Assembly (NCBI GenBank): GCA_017455605.1
Contig: JAFSZO010000096.1
Location: 1-45,685, forward strand
Origin: Clostridia bacterium
GTDB lineage: Bacteria; Bacillota; Clostridia; Christensenellales; CAG-1252
Length of the DNA stretch: 45,685 nt
Reading direction: 5' to 3'
Each line of letters begins with the position of its first letter. Position 1 is the stretch's first letter. Of the stretch, positions 16,831 through 25,791 are shown in pieces. The notes below the pieces were generated by a model that had not been told where the DNA came from, searched no databases, and saw only the letters and a list, made by a program, of their open reading frames with translations. The translations under genes and the position numbers were made by a program.

Positions 16831-17043
16831 ATGGATGTAAAAGATCCGATAACGCCAAAAGGAGGTTAGACCGATGTAATCACGGACCCGACGGATCGCA
16901 ATGGGCAAAACGGCATAAAAACGGGAAGGTCCCGTCGTGGGGGAAGCGATCCTCGCACGTAGAGAAAAGATGCCGGGTGGCGAAAGCGGTGCCGAAAAGG
17001 CACGACAACACAAACGATAAAATAAAAAGGAGAGAAAAACAAT

Positions 17044-17712
17044 ATGAGTATGATTCGTAAAAAAACCGTTTATTTCTTGATCGACTGCTCCGGGTCCATG
17101 TACGGCAGCCGTGCGGACGCGGTGAACAACGCGATGGCACAGGTCGTGGATGAGGTCGTTCCGCAGGTTCGGGCAAACAAAATAGAGGATATGGAGCTCA
17201 GTTTTGTTGTGTTGGGGTTTAGCGACGCACGCGCGGAGAAGGTGTTCGAGATCGTTCCCAAAACCGCATTGGAGGACTTTACCACTTGGGATCCCATCGA
17301 CCCCGAAGCCTTTAGCGGCGGCACCCCGACTGGTGCGGCGCTCAAGAAGGTCATGGAAGACCTGTTGGGTGGAAACCGCGGTGAGCCGGATGTGAATGCC
17401 GTGGCGCCCGCAATCATCTTGATCTCGGACGGCAAGCCCACCGGCACGGATCCCACCTATGAGGAGATGCTTGAGTGCGCCGAAAAGGGGAACCCTCACG
17501 AAGTCAAGGCGTTCCGTAAGGCGCTTCGCGTAGCATTGGGCATCAGCGTCGACGACAAAGGCAGGGAGAGCCTCAAGAAGTTTGGGAGGGTCAGCGACCG
17601 GATGGCAAGTATCGGTATTTCCGCTTACTACGACTGTACCGAGGAGTACGCGCAGCAATTTGCGGAGATCCTGAAGTCTGTCACCGTGAATGCGACCATG
17701 TCGGATTCCTAA
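17044..17712 (+). CDS. von Willebrand factor A (vWA) domain protein, TerY-like
   Basis: 222 aa. Complete MIDAS set: DCSGSM, GGTPTGAAL, LISDGKPT. AAGGAGAG RBS. Confidence 0.85.
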   Translation: MSMIRKKTVYFLIDCSGSMYGSRADAVNNAMAQVVDEVVPQVRANKIEDMELSFVVLGFSDARAEKVFEIVPKTALEDFTTWDPIDPEAFSGGTPTGAALKKVMEDLLGGNRGEPDVNAVAPAIILISDGKPTGTDPTYEEMLECAEKGNPHEVKAFRKALRVALGISVDDKGRESLKKFGRVSDRMASIGISAYYDCTEEYAQQFAEILKSVTVNATMSDS

Positions 17713-17725
17713 GGAATAGCATTCC

Positions 17726-17752
17726 GAGGGGGGCTATGCCCCCCCCTCTTTT
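17726..17752 (+). terminator. Intra-operon GC-rich hairpin plus T4 (attenuating terminator candidate)
   Basis: GAGGGGGG (17726-17733) pairs with CCCCCCTC (17741-17748), followed by TTTT. It lies in the 55-nt gap between the vWA and PP2C genes. Confidence 0.55.
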
Positions 17753-17767
17753 GCGAAGGAGAAAACG

Positions 17768-19327
17768 ATGAAAGATAAAACAACGACTGTTTTCGGCATG
17801 ACCACACTCCCTCTCGGAGGGAGCGTGACAGGGGGAAATGCGTTGACTGCCATGTCCCTCGACGAGCGGCTGGCTGCGGCGATCGATCTGATGAACTGCC
17901 TGTCCGAATTGCAACGGGAAAACGCCGACCTTCCCACTCGGATCGAGAGCATCCGAGAGGCTTGCCCCTCGCTGTCCGGAGTGGACGTCGGTCGCTATCC
18001 CGAGCTACTTCGGACCATGAAGAGGCAGACGCCCCGCTATAGCAACAACGTGTTTGCCGCCTTTCTCCTGTTCTACGTGCTCTCTTGCGGAGCGTATCCG
18101 CAGGACTGTTGGGCAGGTGCTGCGGCGGAGCAGGGGGCTACCGTGCTCGGGCAGATCTGCGAACAGACGGCTGCCCTTTCCTCTGCGTTGTCGAAGGCGG
18201 GAGCGGACGAGGCGGCAGAGGCGGTGAAAGGCGTGGAGAGAGTGTACCGTCGCGGAGTGGAATGCGCCGATCTCGAAGGACTTACGACCGAAGAGACGCA
18301 CGTCGGGCTCGTGAAGATCTACGAGATGCTTTGGGAGGTTTTCGTGACCAAGTACGAGGGCTACAGCATCCCCGTTTGGTGCAGCGTATTGCTCGAGTAT
18401 CTAGGCAAGGCTTTCGCGATCCGCGAGGGCTGTGAGTATCGCGAGCAGAGGGGCAACGTCGAGATCTACGCCGTTTCTTACGAAGGCAAACTCAGCAAGC
18501 CGATGCATCTCCACTGCGAGGACTGCTGTCTGGTGGAGTTCTTTGACAAGAACACCTGGCTCGCCGTCTCCGCGGACGGGGTCGGCAGCTGTGAGAACTC
18601 TTATTACGGATCGGGATTCGCCGTGAAGGCGCTTAGGGACGTGATCGAGAAATACCTGAAGCGCAATCGGATCATCGGGCGCAGACGCACGCGCGACGAG
18701 CAGGGCAACAAGCAGAGGCTGAGACCGATCCCGGACGACGTTTGGGCGAATTTTATGTACTATCTGCGTTTCGATCTCGCGAAGGCGCTTTATGCCGCTT
18801 GGGCATCGGCGGTTCGCGCTTCCGACACCTTCAAAAGCGATCCGAATGCGACCCTCGAGCAATTCACGACGACCCTTCAGTTCGCGTTCGGATGCAAGGC
18901 GTTCGTCGCCTGTGGGCGCGTGGGAGACGGGCTCTTTTTTGTGAGGAAGAGGGAAAGGCGTGTGCGCAATCGCAACGACGGTTGCCTGTTTCTGAACGAC
19001 GGGATCTCCGGCGTGACGCAGACGGAAGTTAGGAGCGTCGCACATCTGGGGAACGCGCCCTCCGCGCTGCTCGTCGATTTTTATCGTCCCGAGGAAGTGA
19101 CGGATATCGTCATCACGTCGGACGGCGCCGAAGGCGTGGTCGGCGACACGGTGACGGCTGCGAATGCGTTCGCTCGTCGGATGCGGGAGCTTCCCTTTGA
19201 GAAGAGGTGCGAGGTTCTGTCCGCGACGGCGCGCGATTGTTCTGATTGCAACGAAACGAATCATGGCAGCGGCGACGACAGCACGATCGTGCACATCGTG
19301 CTCAAAGAGCACAAAGGAGAGAAGTGA
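17768..19327 (+). CDS. PP2C/PPM-like protein phosphatase with an unassigned ~250-aa N-terminal region
   Basis: 519 aa. C-terminal half carries AVSADGVGS, VITSDGAEGVV and GSGDDSTIVHIVL. AAGGAGA RBS. Confidence 0.75.
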   Translation: MKDKTTTVFGMTTLPLGGSVTGGNALTAMSLDERLAAAIDLMNCLSELQRENADLPTRIESIREACPSLSGVDVGRYPELLRTMKRQTPRYSNNVFAAFLLFYVLSCGAYPQDCWAGAAAEQGATVLGQICEQTAALSSALSKAGADEAAEAVKGVERVYRRGVECADLEGLTTEETHVGLVKIYEMLWEVFVTKYEGYSIPVWCSVLLEYLGKAFAIREGCEYREQRGNVEIYAVSYEGKLSKPMHLHCEDCCLVEFFDKNTWLAVSADGVGSCENSYYGSGFAVKALRDVIEKYLKRNRIIGRRRTRDEQGNKQRLRPIPDDVWANFMYYLRFDLAKALYAAWASAVRASDTFKSDPNATLEQFTTTLQFAFGCKAFVACGRVGDGLFFVRKRERRVRNRNDGCLFLNDGISGVTQTEVRSVAHLGNAPSALLVDFYRPEEVTDIVITSDGAEGVVGDTVTAANAFARRMRELPFEKRCEVLSATARDCSDCNETNHGSGDDSTIVHIVLKEHKGEK

Positions 19328-20826
19328 TGAATGTCAACGATACGGTCAAAATAGGCGGCAAGTCTTACTCGGTGCTTGCCAAGCTCGGCGAGGGCGGACA
19401 AGGGTCCGTATGGCGCGCCAAACGCTTGGAGGACGGGTGGGCTTGCGCGATCAAGATCTTGGATGAGAAAAATGCCAATCGCCGCATTGCCAAGATCGCA
19501 AATATCAAAAGGTTGATCGCCCAAAAAGCAGACCAACAGATGGCAGAGGTCGTTAAAAGCGGGCCGGAACAGGGGATCAATCACGTCTGTGCCCTCGGTT
19601 GTTTTACCGATCCCGTCACGAAAGACGTGGGGTACTTGATGGAGCTTGCTCCCGGCAAGTCGGTGGGTAAGATGTTGTCGGACGGCACCCTTCGGAATAT
19701 GAGCTTGGAGCGGAAGCTCCGTATGCTGAAAAAGGTGGCCGCTTCGATCGAAAGATTCCATGTCGTAGGGTATTGCTATACCGACATCAACTGGGGCAAC
19801 TTTATATGGGATGAGGCGACGGACACCCTGTACGTGATCGACTGCGAGAACATCGCCTGCTCCGCCGATATTCGGAGTGGGCGGTGCAACTTCCTGATCG
19901 GGACGGGGTTCTTTATCGCGCCGGAGGTGGCGTTTCGTCAGGCTACGGTCGGGTATGAGACCGATCGTTACGCGCTGGCGACCCTGATCTTCCGCGTGCT
20001 CACCGACAACGTCCTGCAATCGGCGTATCACGGCGTCGCGATGTATACCGCGACACCGATGTGTCAGGACATGACGGAGGTCGCCGAATACGAGGAGGAG
20101 GGTGATATCGACAAGAACTGGCGCAAGTTCGTTTTTGACCCGACGGATCGCTCCAACGGGTTGGACAACCTGTGCCGCAACTGCAAGAACCCTCAAAATG
20201 TCGCCTTTCGCAAGGAGGTCGAGCGAGTCATCGCGATCTGGAACGGATTGGATCCTCGGCTGAAGGACGCCTTTTATCGGACCTTCCGCGATCCATTCGC
20301 GGTGAAGGATCGTTTGAGCGCCTCGGCGTGGTTGCGCTTGATCGACGAGGTCCTCAGCGGCAAACAGGCGAAGGATACCACCTCGACGGTGGGGAAGAAG
20401 GTCCGGCTGACGAACGAGCCCTCTCTGCCGCAGAAGAAGGTCAAGCCCGTTTCGACGAATCCGCTCGACAAGTACCCTTCCTTCGTTCCCCAAGGTGCGG
20501 GGCGGGGGCGCCCCGTACAGGTCAGCGCGAGCGCTCTGCCCGCGAAACCCTATCTGATCGGCACGACGGGGGAGACCCTCGCAATCACGGCGGATGAGAC
20601 CGTCGTCGAAGGCAAGGATCTCGGGCTCAAACAGGGGGTTCTCGGGAGGCTTAGGCGGATCGACACCCACTACGCATTCACCTCCCATTTGCTCTCGCTC
20701 GTCGAGATCTTGGACTCGGCGGGGAAGGTGCGGTGCAAGATCGCGAAGGGAGAGTCCGTCATGCTCGCCAATGGGGAGAGCATCAAACCGGTGGTCAGCA
20801 CTGTCGCGATCAAATTGGTTTGCTGA
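19327..20826 (+). CDS. Hanks-type Ser/Thr protein kinase with an unassigned ~200-aa C-terminal region
   Basis: 499 aa from MNVNDTVKIGG. GEGGQGSVW, CAIKIL, YTDINWGNF, IDCEN, FIAPEV. The ATG overlaps the PP2C TGA (TGATG at 19325-19329). The ORF-track start at 19246 was rejected. Confidence 0.85.
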   Translation: MNVNDTVKIGGKSYSVLAKLGEGGQGSVWRAKRLEDGWACAIKILDEKNANRRIAKIANIKRLIAQKADQQMAEVVKSGPEQGINHVCALGCFTDPVTKDVGYLMELAPGKSVGKMLSDGTLRNMSLERKLRMLKKVAASIERFHVVGYCYTDINWGNFIWDEATDTLYVIDCENIACSADIRSGRCNFLIGTGFFIAPEVAFRQATVGYETDRYALATLIFRVLTDNVLQSAYHGVAMYTATPMCQDMTEVAEYEEEGDIDKNWRKFVFDPTDRSNGLDNLCRNCKNPQNVAFRKEVERVIAIWNGLDPRLKDAFYRTFRDPFAVKDRLSASAWLRLIDEVLSGKQAKDTTSTVGKKVRLTNEPSLPQKKVKPVSTNPLDKYPSFVPQGAGRGRPVQVSASALPAKPYLIGTTGETLAITADETVVEGKDLGLKQGVLGRLRRIDTHYAFTSHLLSLVEILDSAGKVRCKIAKGESVMLANGESIKPVVSTVAIKLVC

Positions 20827-20847
20827 GCAAGAAAACGGAAGGAGACT

Positions 20848-23800
20848 ATGGAAAAGGATACGTTTCTATCTTATTGTGACAGGTTGACCCTAATGGGCAA
20901 AGCTGCTCCGCGTTGGGCAGACATGCCCTCGTCGATCATCGGCGACTATCTGCGGGAGAGCTGTTCGTACGGGTTCGGGCAGGCGCTGGAGCGCCTGCTC
21001 ATTCCCGCTTATCGCATCATAAAGGGGCGGGGCGGCGGCTTCGTCGGCGACGAGAGCGAGCTGTGCGAACTGGCGAGCCTGCTTTCCGCGACGGTCGTGA
21101 CGGACGAATACCGTTTCGACGCCTATTATTTCACGATCTGCGTCGCCGCGGTGAGCTTTTTCGGAGTGTCCGTCGACGCCATCGACTGTGAAGGGTTCGA
21201 CGAGAACGAATTGATGCGGTTCGACTGCTCGGTATCGGTGCAAGACGAGCCCGACCCGCAACGGAAGCGGTTAAAGCGGTTCGGCATCCGCCTCTTGGAC
21301 TATTCCCGCACGAATCAGCTCGTGCATTTTCGGCCGATCAAGAGCGCGACGATGGGGCTGTTTTGCGCCGATCCCCGCGCGACGATCCGCCACCTCTTCA
21401 AGGAGGGGTCCAAGGTCTATCTCGCGAATTGGGGCAAACTGCATCCGAAAATGATCTACAAGTGCAAGCTCTGCGGCAGGACCGAGGTCTTCCCCTACGA
21501 CTCTGCCGCGAAACGGACGCAACCGGCGAGACCGTGCCCCGTCTGCGATGCGGAAAACGTGCATAACCGTAAGAGTTTGATCCCGATCACGGAGAGGCTT
21601 TACCGCTTGCCGCAGGACGGATATCGTTGCCGTTGCGGCAATCGGATCGGGTTTGAGGAGCTGAGCGGCTCCGCGCTCAAGTGCCCGAAGTGCGGCAGCG
21701 CCGTCGCGATAGACACCGCGCCCTTCGTCGCCTACGACGACCTCTCCGCCTACGACGCGAGCGTGATGATCAGCACGAGCAACGGTGCGCTCACGGGCGA
21801 TGTCGCGAAGAAGCTCGCGAACAAAGCCAAGACGATGGACCGCAATTTCGGACTGCACGTCCTGTATCTCGCGTACGGCTTCCTCGAGTGGAAGGACGCC
21901 AACGGCACCGAGTACCATTCGCCCCTTTTGCTGTGCCCGATCAATTTGGGCGTGGACAGGTCGAGGGGGCAGTACTATTTCGAGGTCGACGCTTCGAGCG
22001 GGGGTAAATTCGAACTCAATAAGACCTTGATCCAGATGCTCGCCGCTTATTCGAAGACCTGTTCGATCTCGCTGCCGACCCCGGATCCGGACGACGTGTT
22101 GGGGTATTTTTCGCGCTTGCGTACCCGCTTGAAGGTGGGCGACGACGCCATCACGGCGATCACCAAAGACTGGGAGATCGACGCGGGGTTCGGGATAGGG
22201 CTTTTCCACTATCAAAAGTTGCAGTTGCACGCCGACATCGAGGAGAACGGCGAGAAGTACCTGCAACATCCGATCGTCAGGCGGTTGTGCGGCGATTTGG
22301 CCGCCGCGATCGCTTCGCCCGTTCCCCGCGAGAGGAGCGCCGCGAAGTACGTCACCCTCGACGCCGACTCCTCTCAGGATGCGGTGATCAAAGCCGCGCA
22401 AGAGGGTAGGTCCTTTATCTTGCAGGGCCCACCCGGATCGGGCAAGAGTCAGACCATCACGAACATCATCACCTCTGCACTCGGCGAGGGCAAGAGCGTG
22501 CTGTTCGTGACGGAGAAGGCATCCGCGCGCTCGGTCATCCTCGACAACTTGGCGCAAAGTACCGGGGCGGACAAGTCGCTCACGGACTTCGTACTGGACT
22601 TCGATTCTTTCCGAAAACACGGCGGAGCGGTCAGTCGCGCCGCGTTCGTGGAGGAGCTGAATCGTTGCTTGACGGGGGTCTCTCCCGTCGGCGGGTACGA
22701 CGACAGGCTCCTCTCGGACGAGGCGTTCCGCTACGAACAGATCAAGACCTTTATGAAGCAGATGCGCGGAGAGTACGGCGGACGGAATTATCTCAGACTC
22801 TTGCAGGATATGGCGCAGTATTCTCCCTACGCTCCGCTGAACACGATCTCGCTGATCCCATCGGACAGGGCGGCGTTCATCGCGTTGTGCGATATGATCG
22901 AGAAGGGGTACGAGGCGCTCAAGACCTGCGGCTGTGAGGACCGGTACAAGCATCCACTCTACGGGTGCATCGGCGATCCGACGAACAAGCTCGCGGCAGT
23001 TGCCGAGAGGTATCGGGAGCTGTGTGACGAGGTCGAGGCGCTTCTGGCCGACTTGAGATCTTACGGTTGGAATGCGGACGCCGATCCCGAGTACTTGACC
23101 TTGTGTGCGAAACAGGCGAGGCTTTGGTCCGAGATGCCGAGGCTCTCGTCGGAGATCCTCGACGACCTGAGCGAAAAGAAGGTCGCCTCCTTGCTCGCGC
23201 GGGCGACCGAGCGTTGCGAGACGATCCAAAGGATCGAAGAGGAAGAGAACTCCAAAGAGGTCTCCTCGATCGACAAAAAGAGGTTTGCCGCATTCGACCT
23301 CGGGGAAGCGCAGGCAAAAGCGGAGCACTACCGTCTGTTCCTCAGACGCGTCGGGAGCAAATACGACGCTTGGCTGGACGGGATACTCGGTTGTATCCAA
23401 GGGCGCGGACAGAGGAAGGACTACGCCTCGGCAGTCTCCGCCCTTGACCGGTTACGCCGTTATGCGAGGCTCCTCGAGGCCAAGGAGCGCATTCGGGCGG
23501 CGCGCACCGAAGACGTCGCGCTGTTCGGTTTCGAGCCTGTCGGTCTCGACGAATGGACGGAGCTCAGAGCGGACTTGACCCGACTCCAAAAGATCCTGCG
23601 GGGGCACGATCGGCGTGTCTTCGACCGAAAGAGGGCGGACTGGGTCGATCGGTTCCGTCCCGAGCGGTATTACGAGACGGTGAAGCACCTTCGTGCGCTC
23701 GCCGATCAGCCGAAAGAACTGAAGAGCAAAGAGGCGCTTTTGTCCAAAGAGATGTCCCCGTACATGCGGAAGGCGAGCGCTGATTTCCTCGCGTATGCGG

Positions 23801-25527
23801 AGATCGCGAAGGCGATCACGGAGCATCGCGGCTTGCTCGCCGCTTGGCGCCGCCTGTGCGACGCTCTCACGGCGATAGACGATAAGGGGTTGACTCCCGT
23901 TTGGAGGGAGTTGATCCGCAGCGGGTGCGATCTTGACGTGGCAAAGGCGCGCTTGTTTCGCACCTTTTATCAAAAGACCATCGAGGCATTCGTGGAGCGC
24001 AACGGGCTGACGTACGTTCGAGACTTCGATCGCGCCGAGCACGAGCGGCTGATGCGCAAATACGCCGAAGCGGATATGGGCGTGCTGAGTACGAGCGCCG
24101 CGCGGCTTTGCGAAGCGTTGGACGGCTATCTCAAAGAGGCTGCCGCGAAGCACGGCGGCGGGACTTCGTCGGAATACCCGAAATTCCCCGCCAAGACCGA
24201 CCGCTCGATCAAGCAGTTCATTTCGGAAAACTACGACTATATCCGGCGCATCAAGCCTTGCTTTATGATGTCGCCGTTGAACGTCAGCCAATACGTCGAC
24301 GTCGGGATCACTTTTGACCTCGTGATCTTTGACGAGGCGTCGCAGATCTTCACGGAGGACGCGCTCGCCGCGATCGTGCGGGGACGGCAGGTCATCATCG
24401 CGGGAGACAGCAAGCAGCTTCCCCCGTGCGACTTCTTCCGCGCCGGCGAGAGTATGCAGGACGACGAGGAGCAGTATTACGAGGAAGAGGCAAACGTCGA
24501 GAACTCGTTGCTGAACGCGGCGGATGAGGCGCTCAGCGACGCTTCTGCCGCGCTCGCCTGGCACTACAGGAGCTGCGATGAGGCACTTATCGATTTCTCC
24601 AATCGGGAGATGGAGTACAACCTGATCTCCTTCCCCTCCGCGAAGAAAAACGCGAACGACGGGATCTGCTTTGTGTCCGTCCCCTACGACCCGAACGCCT
24701 GCTATGACGCGGGTAAGGGCGGCACCCACGTCAACCCGGGAGAGGCGGACGAGATCGTGCGGCTGATCTATGACGAAATGACCCATCCCGAACGGCGCGG
24801 ATTCTCGATCGGGGTCGTGGCGTTCAGCAACGCGCAGGCGTTTGAGATCGAGACTCGCTGGGAAGAATTCAAGCAACTGCCCGACAAAAAGGACGCGATC
24901 GAGGCGTGGGAGAGGGCGCACGAGAAAGAGCCTTTGATCTTCTGCAACCTCGACACCGTGCAGGGGGACGAGCGCGATACGACCATCATCAGCGTTTGTT
25001 ACAGCGCCGATCGCAACGGTCGCTTCTCCCTCCCTTACCTCGGGCGGATCCGACTCGCCTCCGGCCGCAAGAGGATCAACGTCGCCGTCACCCGCGCGCG
25101 CCATCGGATGGTCGTGGTCTCCACCTTGAAGAGCGAGGAACTGAGGGCGGCGATCCGCGCAAGTTCCGCCCCGGAAGAGAACAAGTCCGGAGCGCAGATG
25201 CTCTGCGACTTTCTCGAATACGCACGGTCCTTTTCAGGCGGTCCCGAGGGGCGGAATCGCCACAGCACCGATCCCTTCGTTGCTTCGGTGTGCAAGGTGC
25301 TCGATGAGGCGAATCTGGAGTACGATACCGAGATCGGACGGTCGGAATGCAAGGTCAGCATCGGCGTGCGGCGGGCGAACGAGAGGAACAACTACATCTT
25401 GGGCATCATCATCGACGATCCCGGCAGGGCGGACTTCGACAGCGTTCGCGAATACACGAGACTGACCGAGCAGGTTCTCTCGGGGAAATACGGCTGGAAG
25501 GTCTACCGCATCTATCCGACGGCGTAG
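20848..25527 (+). CDS. Upf1-like SF1 helicase: DUF4011-like N-terminus with Zn-ribbon inserts, AAA_11/AAA_12-type core, restriction-endonuclease-like C-terminus
   Basis: 1559 aa. LLDYSRTNQLVHFRP and LHVLYLAYGFLEW...PLLLCPINL (DUF4011-like). GPPGSGKSQT. VIFDEASQI. IIAGDSKQLPP. WHYRS. TVQGDERD. INVAVTRARHRM. C-terminal EIGRSECKVSIGV...GIIIDD...GWKVYRIY. GGAAGGAGA RBS. Confidence 0.9.
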   Translation: MEKDTFLSYCDRLTLMGKAAPRWADMPSSIIGDYLRESCSYGFGQALERLLIPAYRIIKGRGGGFVGDESELCELASLLSATVVTDEYRFDAYYFTICVAAVSFFGVSVDAIDCEGFDENELMRFDCSVSVQDEPDPQRKRLKRFGIRLLDYSRTNQLVHFRPIKSATMGLFCADPRATIRHLFKEGSKVYLANWGKLHPKMIYKCKLCGRTEVFPYDSAAKRTQPARPCPVCDAENVHNRKSLIPITERLYRLPQDGYRCRCGNRIGFEELSGSALKCPKCGSAVAIDTAPFVAYDDLSAYDASVMISTSNGALTGDVAKKLANKAKTMDRNFGLHVLYLAYGFLEWKDANGTEYHSPLLLCPINLGVDRSRGQYYFEVDASSGGKFELNKTLIQMLAAYSKTCSISLPTPDPDDVLGYFSRLRTRLKVGDDAITAITKDWEIDAGFGIGLFHYQKLQLHADIEENGEKYLQHPIVRRLCGDLAAAIASPVPRERSAAKYVTLDADSSQDAVIKAAQEGRSFILQGPPGSGKSQTITNIITSALGEGKSVLFVTEKASARSVILDNLAQSTGADKSLTDFVLDFDSFRKHGGAVSRAAFVEELNRCLTGVSPVGGYDDRLLSDEAFRYEQIKTFMKQMRGEYGGRNYLRLLQDMAQYSPYAPLNTISLIPSDRAAFIALCDMIEKGYEALKTCGCEDRYKHPLYGCIGDPTNKLAAVAERYRELCDEVEALLADLRSYGWNADADPEYLTLCAKQARLWSEMPRLSSEILDDLSEKKVASLLARATERCETIQRIEEEENSKEVSSIDKKRFAAFDLGEAQAKAEHYRLFLRRVGSKYDAWLDGILGCIQGRGQRKDYASAVSALDRLRRYARLLEAKERIRAARTEDVALFGFEPVGLDEWTELRADLTRLQKILRGHDRRVFDRKRADWVDRFRPERYYETVKHLRALADQPKELKSKEALLSKEMSPYMRKASADFLAYAEIAKAITEHRGLLAAWRRLCDALTAIDDKGLTPVWRELIRSGCDLDVAKARLFRTFYQKTIEAFVERNGLTYVRDFDRAEHERLMRKYAEADMGVLSTSAARLCEALDGYLKEAAAKHGGGTSSEYPKFPAKTDRSIKQFISENYDYIRRIKPCFMMSPLNVSQYVDVGITFDLVIFDEASQIFTEDALAAIVRGRQVIIAGDSKQLPPCDFFRAGESMQDDEEQYYEEEANVENSLLNAADEALSDASAALAWHYRSCDEALIDFSNREMEYNLISFPSAKKNANDGICFVSVPYDPNACYDAGKGGTHVNPGEADEIVRLIYDEMTHPERRGFSIGVVAFSNAQAFEIETRWEEFKQLPDKKDAIEAWERAHEKEPLIFCNLDTVQGDERDTTIISVCYSADRNGRFSLPYLGRIRLASGRKRINVAVTRARHRMVVVSTLKSEELRAAIRASSAPEENKSGAQMLCDFLEYARSFSGGPEGRNRHSTDPFVASVCKVLDEANLEYDTEIGRSECKVSIGVRRANERNNYILGIIIDDPGRADFDSVREYTRLTEQVLSGKYGWKVYRIYPTA

Positions 25528-25629
25528 ATCGCGAACTACGAACGGGAAAAGCAGGATCTGATGGCGGCGATCATGTCGGCGTATCAGGCGAGCTGATCCC
25601 TCGTTGCGGCGAATGTCCGTTCTCGGTTG

Positions 25630-25656
25630 AAAAAGTCCGCGACGCGGACTTTTTCT
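25630..25656 (+). terminator. Intrinsic terminator downstream of the helicase gene
   Basis: AAAAAGTCCGCG-A-CGCGGACTTTTT perfect hairpin with a T-run. Confidence 0.75.
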
Positions 25657-25678
25657 TTGCGTGGGGAGGAAAGGGGGC

Positions 25679-25707
25679 TTGTCATAAAGCAGTGGGCGTG
25701 CTATACT
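25679..25707 (+). promoter_or_regulatory. Sigma-A promoter of the HTH gene
   Basis: TTGTCA (25679-25684), 17 nt spacer, TATACT (25702-25707). Confidence 0.55.
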
Positions 25708-25791
25708 ATTTACGTTGTGTCCGAGCGGAGTTTGACGAGTCGACGCAAGAAAACGAGAGACAAAGCGATATGGTTTGTCGAGGAGAAAGCA

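Noticed and set aside
16585-20688. Minus-strand ORFs 16585-17658, 18401-19312 and 19261-20688 opposite the vWA, PP2C and kinase genes
   Set aside because: They are antisense shadow ORFs. The plus-strand frames carry the MIDAS, PPM and Hanks motifs and have RBSs.
20560-20826. FHA domain at the C-terminus of the kinase
   Set aside because: The segment is beta-rich and of roughly the right length. However, I could not find the Gly-Arg ... Ser-x-x-His ... Asn-Gly signature. It is left unassigned.
21271-25104. 709-aa and 550-aa minus-strand ORFs inside the helicase gene
   Set aside because: They are antisense shadow ORFs. The plus frame carries all the SF1 helicase motifs in the correct order.
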